Positions 19,742 to 30,534 of a stretch of 64,000 nt of DNA are shown one piece after another; position 1 is the first letter of the stretch, and each line of letters starts with the position of its first letter. Source of the DNA: an uncultured Chloroflexia bacterium (GTDB lineage Bacteria > Chloroflexota > Limnocylindria > Limnocylindrales > CSP1-4). Location: NCBI GenBank assembly GCA_963752475.1, contig CAVVYR010000031.1, forward strand, positions 1 through 64,000. Direction: 5' to 3'. Both the position numbers and the translations under genes were made by a program. The notes beneath the pieces were generated by a model, which worked only from the letters and a program-made list of their open reading frames with translations, was not told the DNA's origin and made no database searches.

Positions 19742-20333
19742 TTACTCGAAGGCTCCAGCATGTCGGGCGTGATGGGCTGGCCGGCGACGATATCCATGGC
19801 CGCGACCCGGAACAGGACATCCCGACGGTCGGTGATGGCGTCGGTCGCCTCGTCAGCCGAGACGAACGCCCCGGTGAATTCGACGCGCTGCCCGGGCGCG
19901 GCGTCGAAGAGCGCGACCATCACCTTGACCGGGTCCTCCACGAGGTAAAAGGTGTGCTCCGCGTAGAAGTTGTAGCGCTCCGGGCGCATGTCCTCGCCCC
20001 ACACCTCGAACGAGAGCCGCTCACCGTCATAGTCCCAGTAGTAGGTCGCCGGAACCTTCGGCTCGCTCGGCCAGTCGAAGGTCATCTCGTATAGAGGTCC
20101 CCGTTGACCGCATACGTGCACGGCTGGGGGCTCCAGTTCTCGCCCCAGTGTTGGACACAGGTCCCGTCCGCGTTGAACTCGACCGCTTGGCCGGGGTACT
20201 CGTAGGCGACGAGCATCCCGGTCGGGAAGGTCATCGCTTCGGACTCTTCGTCCTGTGCCGCGGCCACCCCACCGAGTCCACCCCACAACGAGACGGTCAC
20301 CATGCAGGCCACCAGAAGTCGCAACGTACGCAT
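19742..20333 (-). CDS. Secreted protein with MRTLRL signal peptide and SAF-like C-terminal segment (frameshifted)
   Basis: MRTLRLLVACMVTVSLWGGLGGVAAA/QDE; C-terminal VAAMDIVAGQPITPDML; ends in the family 3' motif. Confidence 0.7.
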
Positions 20334-20354
20334 GAGGATCCCCCTTCGATACGG

Positions 20355-20428
20355 GCGGGCCGGGTTCGCCAATTGCTCGGCGCGGTCCTCAGCGGCGAAG
20401 GTTCGGGCCGTGTGTCATCGCCTCCCGC
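20355..20428 (-). ncRNA. c-di-GMP-II-like riboswitch (variant), copy 3, more degenerate
   Basis: Reverse complement reads GCGGGAGGCGATGACACACGG...CGCC...GGACCGCGCCGAGCAATTGGCGAACCCGGCCCGC; -10-like GAGAAT upstream. Confidence 0.6.
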
Positions 20429-20472
20429 TACGCCTATTCTCTCGCGGGCGTCCATCGGCCTCGACGCACGAC

Positions 20473-20511
20473 GAGTGGACAGGGTGGACATGTCCATGGA
20501 CTTGTCCACTC
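20473..20511. repeat. Palindromic site, copy 2
   Basis: GAGTGGACA...TGGACATGTCCA...TGTCCACTC. Confidence 0.75.
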
Positions 20512-20524
20512 GATACATATCCGG

Positions 20525-20700
20525 CTACCCGACCTCGAGGTAGTAGTCCAGCACGCTGCGTCGCTGTTGGGTCTCGAGTCCGTCCGGGGGCGCCATTGCC
20601 AAACTGGCGTGGAACGGGCGCGCCTCCGGTCGCCGCTCGATGCCAGCGATCGCCCCACCGGTCACCGCGACTTGCTCCACGAAGTGTTCGATGAGCGATG
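20525..20700 (-). pseudogene. Second serine-recombinase-like C-terminal remnant
   Basis: SLIEHFVEQVAV...RPEARPF...MAPPDGLETQQRRSVLDYYLEVG*, homologous to 6139-6330. Confidence 0.6.
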
Positions 20701-20800
20701 TCTGGAAGGAAGCGACCCTGACTCGACGTCAGGGTCGCTTTAGCAGTGGCGGGCTACAGGGCGTGCGTGTCCGGAGCCTGGCCGCCGACCCTGCTCGGAG

Positions 20801-22096
20801 TCAGGGCCGTGGTTGCCAGCTGGCCCAGGAGATCTCGGAGACCTCGTTGACCACGGTCGCCACCGGCGCCGTCGGGTCGGTCACATCCACGACGTTCATG
20901 GTCCCGTCGGGCCAGTTGCCGAAGATGTAGCGGCCGTCCGGTGACCAGCCCGAGACAACGAGCGGGATGTCGAGCTCGATGACCTCGCCCAAGGCCAGGT
21001 CGTAGAGCGTCGCCAGCGGATCGCCGGTCCAGCTCGTGAAGGCGATCATCGAGCTGTCGGGGGACCAGTACGGCTCGAACTCGTCCGCCGACCCGCCGGC
21101 GACGAGCACGTCTTCTCCTGTGGCCAGGTCCACGAGATAGAGGTCTTGTTCCTGGGGGCCGATGGTGACGGCCACGGCCGTTCCGTCGGGAGAGATGGCG
21201 ATGTGCTCGAAGGATACGTCGTCGCCGGTCAGGTCGCCGATCCGCTCGACGTTCTCACCGTCGGCGTCCATGCGATAGAGGCCATAGTCAGCGCCGGTAC
21301 CTGCCGGCGAGCCGCCGAAGATGATGCTCTCGCCATCCGGCGTCCACACCGGCGCCCACGCATCGAGTTCGGGATCACCGATGACCCGTGCAGGCTCGCT
21401 GCCGTCGGTGGGCGCGATCCAGATCCGCTGCCCGCAGAAGGATCCCAGGAGACAGCGAGGCTCCTCGTCAGCGGCATCGGGCCACTCGGCCCAGTACACG
21501 ATCCTCGAGCCATCGGGGCTCCAGACATGGTAGCCCGGCTTGATGCCGCGAGGCGTGGGCTCGAACGGCTCCGTGATACGATGGGGTTGGAGCCGTCAGC
21601 GTCCCGGACCACGATCGTGATCGGGTCTTGCGGGTCGGTCCAGGACTCGTAGGAGAAGCGCGTCCCGTCGGGCGACCAGGCGAAGGTTCTGGCGTACTCG
21701 TCGTCGCCCGTCAGGCGGACGGGTCCGCTAGCCCCGTCGGCCGCATGCTTTGTAGATGCCGCCGTCTGTCGAGTAGGTGAGCCCGGCGGTCGGACCACCA
21801 CCGTCGGAGGCATCGACGAGGCCGCTGCCGATGGCGTAGCCACCGAGGGCGCCGATGGCCAGGAGGGCGATGGTGAGCAGGACGATGGCCACGCGGGGCA
21901 TGATGCCCAGTTGGGCGCGGGTTTCCATGGAGATCCACCTTTCCGTGGTGGCCCATGCGGGTCGCTGTCGCGTGCTCGCGACACCCTCGACGAATGCAGT
22001 CTCGAGGCTCTCGGGCGCCCGGGGGGCAGCGTCCGCTTCGAGCCAGTCGGTCAGGAGGCGGTCCAGGTTGACATCGGGTGCGTCGTTGACGCTCAT
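20801..22096 (-). CDS. Anti-sigma-like membrane protein with TolB/PD40 beta-propeller (frameshifted)
   Basis: N-terminal DRLLTDWLEADAAPRAP, one TM helix, repeated WSPDG/WTPDG; coupled to the sigma gene. Confidence 0.75.
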
Positions 22097-22643
22097 GCCG
22101 GACCCCCTTCCTGCAATGGCAGCCGCGCGTCCGCCTCGAGCGAGGCGCGCATCTGCGTCTTGGTGCGATTGAGTCGGGACTTGACGGTGCCGACCGGCAG
22201 GCTCAGGGCCTGGGCGGTCTCGTGCATCGGCAGCCCCAGGTAGTAGTGCAGGACGATCAGCGCCCGTTGGTCGGGCTCGAGCGTGACGAAGACGCGCGCG
22301 AGCTCGTCATGGTCAGCGATCGCGTGTGCGGGGTCGGCAGCTCGGTATCGATGGGCCGAACCTGGCCTTCCGCGCGCGTGCGCCGCTTCTCCTTGCGTGC
22401 TTCGCGATAGCACGCGTTGACGAGCAGGCGTCGGATCCACGCCTCGAACTTGTCGGGGTCGCGCAGGCCCGCGAGGTCACGCCAGGCGCCGATGAGGGCC
22501 TCCTGGGTGGCGTCATGAGCCCGGTCGTCGTCCCGGAGGATGAGCCGTGCGATGGCGTAGAGCCGGTCGATCTGGCCGCGTCCCAGCTCCGTGAACGCGT
22601 CCCGATCACCCGCCATCGCCCGTTCGACGAGATCCCGCTGCAT
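22093..22643 (-). CDS. ECF RNA polymerase sigma factor (frameshift near 22330)
   Basis: AHDATQEALIGAW, FEAWIRRLLVN, ETAQALSLPVGTVKSRL. Confidence 0.9.
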
Positions 22644-22960
22644 CGGGTCTCCAGTAGCGGCGGCCCACTTGGCCGCTCTCGAACCATAGGGCCCGCTCCA
22701 AGGCGTCGGGTTCCATCTTCGCCTGGAAGGGGAGCGCACGGCGCTCGCCGAGCTCGCGGCGGCCGTGGATGACGTGAGGACCGAGTCAAGAGAGTCGCGG
22801 CGTTGTTGGCTCACCGCACGCCTTGACGTTCCAGTCGGCGACCACGTCGTCGCAGGAGCGGCAAGTGCGGTCGTACGCACGGAGCGCATAGGAGGTGAGT
22901 CCGTTTCAACGATCGTCCTCGGCCAGCTGCGCGGACACCCCGTCGCGTTACACTCGGACG

Positions 22961-23293
22961 ATGTCGTCCCTCAGCGAGCACCTCGACGCACCCCAGTTCA
23001 CCGACGAGCACGGTGAGTCGCTGGGCGAGTCCCACATCGGCCGTTTCGGCGGCAATTGGGTCAGGCAGGGCGTGCCGCGCCGCAAGGCCTACCTCTTCTA
23101 CGCCATCTGCCTCATCGGCGGCATCGGGCTCATCGTGACCGGAGACGGCTTGGACATCTTCGCCCTGTTCGGCGTGCTCTGCCTGGTCCTGGGCCTCGTT
23201 GGCGGCGCCGAGACCATCCGCAACAAGCCCTTCACGGCTATCTTCGGGGGTCCCGCCAAGCCCAAGGGTGACCCGCCCAAGCCCAAGGGGTAG
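22961..23293 (+). CDS. Small two-TM membrane protein
   Basis: Two hydrophobic helices; TACACT 6 nt before the ATG. Confidence 0.7.
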   Translation: MSSLSEHLDAPQFTDEHGESLGESHIGRFGGNWVRQGVPRRKAYLFYAICLIGGIGLIVTGDGLDIFALFGVLCLVLGLVGGAETIRNKPFTAIFGGPAKPKGDPPKPKG

Positions 23294-23535
23294 CCGGCAC
23301 GGCTATCGAGCACGGGTCCAGATGACTGCCCAGGCGCCAGCGGTCGGGGGCACGAGGTCCCTGCTCGGCGGGCCGTGTCGTCCGTCGAGTCGGGTCCTCC
23401 GGCCCTATCTCCCGACACGCGCCACGCGCATCGTCGGACGCAAGCAGAGCTGGGCAGGCCGTCAATGTGGTCATACGCGCGACGGCTCAGCACCAACGCT
23501 CCCAGCCAGAACATAGCGAGTCGGGAGGCTTGAGG

Positions 23536-24057
23536 ATGCGCACACTGAGAACGGCGCTGGTGGGTCCATTGACCCTCGCACTCATCGTAGGGCTGGGTGG
23601 TCCGACCATCGCACAGGAGGACGACCTCGCCTCCGTGGCCACCTCCGGCACGCTCGAGCTGTCCGAGCCCATGGACGATGCCACCTCGCACGCGGAGGCG
23701 GTCGAGCACGTTCACACCTGGACGGCTGAAGACCCGCGCCTCACGGGCACCGCCACGTACTCCGGAACCTGGCACATCTACGAACCCCCGGCCGAGGACT
23801 GCGACGATCCTGAGGCCGAGGCCGGCGCCTACTACGAGATCGTCAACGACGGCGGCGGCTGGGCCTGTGCCGGGGTGCGTGCGCCGATCCCGGGTCCCGA
23901 CGGCGCCACCAACGTGCACGTGCTCGCGCTCAACGGCACAGGCGGATACGAGGGCCTGTATGCCTACATCATGATCGACTGGGGCACCGATCCATTCACC
24001 TTCAGCGCGCTCATCACGCCGAACGACGTGCCCGTCGTCCCGGTGATGCAGGGCTAG
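23536..24057 (+). CDS. Secreted protein, MRTLR family (no riboswitch or 3' motif)
   Basis: MRTLRTALVGPLTLALIVGLGGPTIA/QE; EDPRLTGT, VNDGGGW, GTGGYEGL. Confidence 0.85.
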   Translation: MRTLRTALVGPLTLALIVGLGGPTIAQEDDLASVATSGTLELSEPMDDATSHAEAVEHVHTWTAEDPRLTGTATYSGTWHIYEPPAEDCDDPEAEAGAYYEIVNDGGGWACAGVRAPIPGPDGATNVHVLALNGTGGYEGLYAYIMIDWGTDPFTFSALITPNDVPVVPVMQG

Positions 24058-24401
24058 TCCGACTCCACAGGGGGCGCGAAGTCGACCACCTCGGTCACCT
24101 CGTCTCGGTGATAGGGGATCGGCGTCCCGCGCATGAACCCGCGTGAAGAGGTGACGACGCAGTAGAGCTTGCCGGCCTCGAGGATGGCCACCACGACCTC
24201 GTGGCCATCCTGGCTCTCGACCTGGCCGACCTCATCCTGACGTTCGACGCCGTCGACGTGATGACTCAGCCGCCAGATCCTCCGGGGCGAAGCCGCAAAG
24301 CCGTTGTCGCGGGCGAAGCGCATCACGGCCTCGCGGTACTGCTCCGCCTGCTCGGGTGACGAAGAGCCAGGGAAGAAGAAGCTTGGTGTCTCGCCGGTCA
24401 T
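24054..24401 (-). CDS. Hypothetical protein
   Basis: 115-aa coding-like ORF immediately downstream of the phosphatase gene. Confidence 0.65.
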   Translation of the reverse strand: MTGETPSFFFPGSSSPEQAEQYREAVMRFARDNGFAASPRRIWRLSHHVDGVERQDEVGQVESQDGHEVVVAILEAGKLYCVVTSSRGFMRGTPIPYHRDEVTEVVDFAPPVESD

Positions 24402-24405
24402 CGGG

Positions 24406-25188
24406 CTACTCCAGGAAGGTCTCGCGCAGCGAGATGGTCTCTGCGTCCTTGAGGCCCAGGGCATCGCGGAAGTAGCCCTCGACCGACCCGTACTCGCGGT
24501 CCACGGTCTCGAATGACGCCCCGAGGTACTCACGGCGGGCACCGAACATGCGCTCGATGACGATGCGTTGACCGCCGCGGGCCTCGAAGTCGTCGATGGC
24601 GCCAGCGAAGAACTCACGGATGATCTCATCGCTGACGAGGTAATCCGCGTAGATCTCATCCCTGGGCACACCCAGCAGGTCGAGCAGCGCCGCCACCGCC
24701 CAGCCGGTGCGATCCTTGCCGCCGGTGCAGTGGACCAGCGAGGCGCCATCGGAAGCCGCGAGCGTGCGGAAGAAGCTGGCGTAGGCCTCCCGCGCACTAC
24801 CGAGCATCACGAGGTCGTAGTAGGAATTGGCCTGGAACCGGTCCATGTCCTCCACCGTCAGCCGGGTGTCGACCCGCTCCGGCTCGCGAAGGTGAGCGAT
24901 CACGGCATCGATGTCGGCTTTGGCAGCTCTCTCACCATCGGCGAACACGTCGAGGCTCACGAGCTCGGCGCCATGCGGCAGGCGGTCGGGTCGGCGCGCC
25001 TGCTCGTCGCGTCGGCGCATGTCGAAGACGGTCGTGATCCCGAGCCAGACAAGGGTCGCGAGGTCGTCGTCGGAGGCAGCATCGAGCGCGACCGAGCGGA
25101 ACAGGCGGCCGGTTCTGACGCGCCGACCGTCGAGGGTCACATACCCACCGACATCGCGGAAGTTAGGAATCGTCTCCAGGCGAGGCAT
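24406..25188 (-). CDS. Tyrosine-protein phosphatase (IphP/PtpB-like)
   Basis: NFRDVGG and HCTGGKDRTG. Confidence 0.92.
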   Translation of the reverse strand: MPRLETIPNFRDVGGYVTLDGRRVRTGRLFRSVALDAASDDDLATLVWLGITTVFDMRRRDEQARRPDRLPHGAELVSLDVFADGERAAKADIDAVIAHLREPERVDTRLTVEDMDRFQANSYYDLVMLGSAREAYASFFRTLAASDGASLVHCTGGKDRTGWAVAALLDLLGVPRDEIYADYLVSDEIIREFFAGAIDDFEARGGQRIVIERMFGARREYLGASFETVDREYGSVEGYFRDALGLKDAETISLRETFLE

Positions 25189-25452
25189 CGTTGCGCTAGG
25201 CACGCCCACGCCGGATCGGGCCAAGGGCGAGCCTGAGCGACAGCGCGATCGTGGACAGCCACGGAGGGGCCGTACGGTTCTTGGTAGGCAAGGGAGACCT
25301 CGGCTTCGACGACACAAGACGCGCACACCCTTGGGCGCGCCTATGAGCGGGATTGTGCCACCACCACGACGCGGTCGCCGATTCCAAGGGGCCCGGAATT
25401 GCGGGCCATCGGGACCTCTCGGCACAGCGCTGGCCGACGTACGCTAGCCCTC

Positions 25453-26426
25453 ATGATCTCGACCTCGCGATCGACGCCTTCTCACGCGTGCTCCCCGTCC
25501 TGCTGCTGGTGGGACTCGGTGCACTGTTCCGCCGTTCGAGCTTCCTCGGGCTCGGGCGCCATCGACGGGCTTCGCAAGCTCGTTCTCAACGTGACGCTGC
25601 CGGCGGCGCTCTTCCTGGCCTTCCTGGGCACGGAGATGGAGGCGCAGTACGCGGTCATCATCGTCAGCGTCTTCGGCGCGTGTCTCATCGTGCTGGCGCT
25701 GGGGCCAAGGCTGCGTCGCGGCGCCGGCGTCGGGAGCGAGGCCATGCCCAGCCTGATGGCGGGCTTCGAGGCCGGGATGATCGGCTACGCGCTCTACTCG
25801 GCCATCTTCGGGGCGGAGAACCTCTACCGCTTCGCGGTGGTGGACCTGGGGCAGGTGGTGTTCGTGTTCTTCGTGCTCGCGCCGGTGGTCATGCGCTGGG
25901 CCAGTGGGCAGACGCCACCTATCGCAGAGACAGCTGCTGCCTTCGTGAAGACACCGGTGATCATCGCCATCGTGGCTGGCGTGGCCGGTAGCGTCGCGGG
26001 GCTGGCCGAGCCGATCGCGTCCAACCCCATCACCAACGCCGGGCTGGAGACGCTGGCCATGCTGGCCGCGGTGACGACACCGCCATCGCCATCGTCATCG
26101 GCTACTCGACCTCGTTCTCAGCCGGCTCCCTCAGCGATCCGATCCGCACCGTTGCCGTGCGCTACCCCATCTGGATCGTGGCCGCCGCGGTCTTCAACTG
26201 GCTCGTCATCGACGCGCTGCTGGGGCTGGACCGCCTCTTCCAGGCGGCGGTCATGACGATGGCGGTGCTGCCGCCGCCGTTCGTCGTGCCGCTGTACATG
26301 GCTCGTGCGCGGGGGAGGGACGTGAGCGACGATCCCGACCATGACTACCTCGCCAACACGCTCTCGCTGGCGACGATCGTGACGCTCGTGGCCATCACCG
26401 TGGTGGGAGTCGTCTACGCGACGTAA
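25453..26426 (+). CDS. AEC (auxin efflux carrier) family transporter, frameshifted
   Basis: LRKLVLNVTLPAALF, G.IGYAL, KTPVII, AVLPPPF; multi-TM. Confidence 0.75.
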
Positions 26427-26527
26427 CGCGGTGCCACCTTCTGGTCACGCATCCGCTCTGAGTCCATAGGCAGGCGCTAACACCGTGGGCTGGTGCTGCG
26501 CATGTGGAGAACCGACGAACGCGCCGC

Positions 26528-26914
26528 CTAGTGGCCGACGATGGTGGCGAAACGCTGGTGGTACTCCGGCGGCTCGAGCGCGCTGCCGAAGTAGTAGTCG
26601 ACCTCGATGATGGAGCCCGCGTCCAGGCGCACGATGGCCACGATGTGGTCCGGTCCATGGGCACCGGCGGCATCCTCGATCACGCCTTGGCCGATCCACA
26701 TGGCCGACTCGCCGGTGACCTTGCGCCACTCCACGCGCGGCGCCTCACCGGTTCGGCTGCGGTACATGCCCATGATGCGTTCGCGGCCGACGAACTTCTC
26801 ACCCATCTGCGGACGGCCTTCGACCGCCCCGGGGGCCAGCAGCGACTCATACGTGTCCAGGTCCCACTCCGCGAACGCGCGTAGGAACTTGCGGGCGACG
26901 ACGCCCTCTTTCAT
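26528..26914 (-). CDS. SnoaL/NTF2-like protein
   Basis: RBS AGGAGG; FLRAFAEWDLD...PQMGEKFVGRE...DYYFG. Confidence 0.8.
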   Translation of the reverse strand: MKEGVVARKFLRAFAEWDLDTYESLLAPGAVEGRPQMGEKFVGRERIMGMYRSRTGEAPRVEWRKVTGESAMWIGQGVIEDAAGAHGPDHIVAIVRLDAGSIIEVDYYFGSALEPPEYHQRFATIVGH

Positions 26915-27136
26915 GTAGCTCGTACCTCCTGTCAGGTACGAGCATCGTAGCCGCTCAGCCGCGAATCGACGACCTTGGCGGTGAACGACCAGCGCGCACC
27001 ATCCGCTCGCGAGGCACACCGCACCCCGCGGCCCGCCGGGACCCATCGGCCCGCCCGTCGATGACCCGTGGACCGCGCCAGAGGGTAGACCGGCCCATCC
27101 GACCACTCGGGTGTGACCGATACCATCGGAGCCACG

Positions 27137-29886
27137 ATGACCGATACAGCCGCAACCCCACCCGTCCAGGACGATACGTCCAAGTCCCAGAAGGTCGTGC
27201 GCAGCTCGCTCAAGACCTTCTTCAAGCCGCAGTCCGTGGCCCTCATCGGCGCCACCGAGAAGGCCGGATCCGTCGGCCGCACCATCCTCAGCAACCTCAT
27301 CGCCAGCCCCTTCGGCGGGACCGTCTACCCCGTCAACCCCAAGCGCCCCAGCGTCCTGGGCGTCCAGGCCCACAAGTCCATCTCGACCATCCCCGAGAAG
27401 GTCGACCTCGCGGTCATCGTGACCCCTCCCAAGTCGATCCCCGGCATCATCGAGGAGTGTGGTGAGGCCGGCGTGCCCACCGCCATCGTCATCTCCGCCG
27501 GCTTCAAGGAGGTCGGTGAGGAAGGCGCCCAGCTCGAGCGCGAGCTCGTGGCCAAGGCCCGCGAGTACGGCATGCGCATCATCGGCCCCAACTGCCTCGG
27601 CGTGATGAGCCCGGTCTCCGGCCTCAACGCCACGTTCGCGGCGGGCATGGCCAACAAGGGTCGCGTCAGCTTCATCGGTCAGTCCGGCGCGCTCATCACG
27701 GCCATCCTCGACTGGAGCCTGCGCGAGGGCGCCGGCTTCAGCTCCATCGTCTCGCTCGGCTCCATGGCCGACGTCGGCTGGGGCGACCTCATCGACTACC
27801 TCGGTGACGACCCGGACACCGACGCCATCGTCATCTACATGGAGACCGTGGGCGACGCCCGCGCCTTCCTGAGCGCCGTCCGTGAGGTCGCGCTGCAGAA
27901 GCCCATCATCGTCATGAAGCCCGGTCGCACCGAGGAAGCCTCGCGCGCGGCGGCGAGCCACACCGGTTCCATGACCGGCTCCGACGAGGTCCTCGACACG
28001 GCTTTCCGTCGCACCGGCGTGCTCCGTGCCGACCGCATCAGCGACCTCTTCTACTTCGCCGAGATCCTGGGCAAGCAGCCCCTGCCCAAGGGCGACAACC
28101 TGACCATCGTGACCAACGCCGGCGGTCCCGGCGTGCTCGCGACCGACGCGCTCATCGGCAACGGCGGCCAGCTCACCAAGCTCTCGGAGGAGACCATCGC
28201 CAAGCTCGACGAGGTCCTGCCGGCGACCTGGCCCAAGGACAACCCCGTCGACATCATCGGTGACGCCCCGCCCGATCGCTACGCGGCCGCCCTCGACATC
28301 ATCAAGAAGGACGACGAGAGCGACGGCCTGCTGGTCATCCTCACGCCCCAGGCGATGACGGACCCGACCAAGACCGCGCGCGAGATCATCCCCTACACCT
28401 CCGACTCCGAGAAGCCGATCATGGTCAGCTGGATGGGCGGCAGCGAGATCGAAGCCGGCGAGCGCCTGCTGGGCGAGGCCGGCCTGGCCACGTTCCCGTA
28501 CCCAGACAGCGCGGCCAAGATGTTCACCGAGCTGGTGGCCTACGGTGAGAACCTCAAGTCGCTGTACGAGACCCCGGGCCTGACGCCCGACTGGGTCCGC
28601 CGCCCGCAGCGCAAGCGAGCCAAGAAGCTCATCGATAACGCCCGCGCCGAGGGTCGGACCACGCTGTCCGAGCCCGAGTCGAAGGAGCTGCTCGACGCCT
28701 ACGGCATCCCCGTGGCGGAGACGCGTGTCGCGCCCACGGTCGAGGAGGCCGTGGCCGCGGCCGAGGACATCGGCTACCCGGTGGTGGTCAAGCTCGTGAG
28801 CCACACCATCACCCACAAGTCGGACGTCGGTGGCGTGCGCCTCGACCTGCCCGACGCGGACGCCGTCCGCGCTGCCTTCCGCATCATCGAGACGAACGTG
28901 TCGGAGCGCTACAGCGCCAGCGACTTCGAGGGTGTCTCGGTGCAGCCGATGATCGAGCGCAGCGGCTACGAGCTCATCCTCGGCAGCAGCATCGATCCAC
29001 AGTTCGGCCCGGTGCTCCTGTTCGGCCTCGGCGGCACGCTGGTGGAGGTCTTCAAGGACAGCGCCCTCGGCCTGCCGCCGCTGACCGCGACGCTCGCGCG
29101 CCGCATGATGGAGCGGACCAAGATCTACACCGCGCTCAAGGGCGTTCGCGGCCAGGAGAGCGTGGACATGGCTGCCCTCGAGCAGCTGCTGGTCCGCTTC
29201 AGCGAACTGGTCGTGGAGCAGCCGGCCATCGCCGAGCTCGACATCAACCCACTGCTGGCGTCGCCCGAGCGGCTGATGGCCCTCGACGCTCGCGTCATCC
29301 TCCACCCGAGCGATGTCGCCGACGAGGACCTGCCCAAGACGGCCATCCGGCCCTATCCGCGCAAGTACGTGCAGAACTGGAAGACCGAGACCGGCATCGA
29401 CTTCGTCATCCGGCCCATCCGGCCCGAGGACGAGTCGCTGGTGGTGGACTTCCACGGCCGCCTCAGCAACGAGACGGTCTACCAGCGCTACTTCACCAAG
29501 CTGGGCTACGAGCAGCGCGTGGCACACGAGCGCCTGGTGCGCGTCTGCTTCACCGACTACGACCGCGAGATCGCGCTGGTGGCGGAGCGGCTCGACCCCG
29601 AGACCGACAAGCTCTGCATCGCCTGCGATCGCCCGGCTCATCCGCCTGCACAACTCCAACACCGCCGAGTTCAGCCTGATCGTCGGCTGACGACTACCAG
29701 GGTCACGGCCTCGGGACGGAGATGGTTCGTCGCCTCATCGAGGTCGGCAAGCAGGAGGACATCGACAAGATGGTCGCTGAGATCCTCGGCGCCAACGGTG
29801 GCATGGTCCGCATCTGCGAAGAGCTCGGCTTCACCATCACCCTCGACGACGACGGTGAGACCGTCCAGGCGGAGCTCGAGCTCTAG
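27137..29886 (+). CDS. Bifunctional ADP-forming acyl-CoA ligase / GNAT acetyltransferase (Pat-type); frameshifts near 29625-29690
   Basis: CoA-binding GPNCLG, SHTG, TNAGGPG, ATP-grasp HKSDVGGV, C-terminal GNAT YQGHGLG. Confidence 0.9.
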
Positions 29887-29933
29887 TCCCACTCAGGCGC
29901 CGGGTCCGGCCGGCGCAGCAGCCACGGACGACC

Positions 29934-29968
29934 GACCGCCGTCCTCATCGAGAGGGCGGCGGTCCTTC
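29934..29968 (+). terminator. Probable terminator hairpin
   Basis: GACCGCCGTCCTC-ATCGA-GAGGGCGGCGGTC followed by CTTCT. Confidence 0.6.
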
Positions 29969-30042
29969 TGTCTGCACACAAAGACAGAAGGACACCCGGT
30001 CGGATCGTCCGACCGGGTGTGTGGTGTGGTGAGAGGTGCGCG

Positions 30043-30534
30043 CTACGCCAACGCGGGCTGAGCCATGGCCTGGCGAGCGCCAGCTCCGTGGGCAGCCTGG
30101 GCGACCTTGCGTGCCCAGATCGGCGCCCGTTCCAGCTCGCCGTAGAAGAGGCTCGGCTTGCCGGAGACCTTGAACGACTCGGGGTCGACGAGGATGTTGG
30201 CGCCGGCATCGACGAGCTGGCGGCGGATTCCGAGGGCGGCGGAGCCACTCAGCATCCGAGGCCAGGCCAGGCGCGTGTCGAAGGACGCAGCGTCGATGCC
30301 ACGCAGCGCGTGGGACGGCAGGCGATCGAAGAAGGCACAGACCGGGGGTGAGGCATTGCGTCCTTCGGTGGGACTCCCGACCAAGAGCAGGTCGCACTGA
30401 TCCCAGACCGTGGCTGAGGCATCCTCAGCGGCCACGAGACGGACCGGACCATACTCCTCGAGCGCACCAGCGATCGCCTGCGCGATCCCTCTGGTGTTGC
30501 CGCTCCGAGAGCCATAGACGACGACGGACTTCAC
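30043..30534 (-). CDS. Flavodoxin-like protein
   Basis: [19 protein letters not shown]; RBS GGAGGT. Confidence 0.85.
   Translation of the reverse strand: MKSVVVYGSRSGNTRGIAQAIAGALEEYGPVRLVAAEDASATVWDQCDLLLVGSPTEGRNASPPVCAFFDRLPSHALRGIDAASFDTRLAWPRMLSGSAALGIRRQLVDAGANILVDPESFKVSGKPSLFYGELERAPIWARKVAQAAHGAGARQAMAQPALA

Noticed and set aside
27114-27147. TGACCGATAC direct repeat at the pat start
   Set aside because: Only 10 bp in two copies; may be chance or a tiny duplication.
26528-29662. 1044-aa minus-strand ORF
   Set aside because: Antisense shadow of the pat gene in high-GC DNA; only the last 128 codons (SnoaL-like, own RBS) look real.
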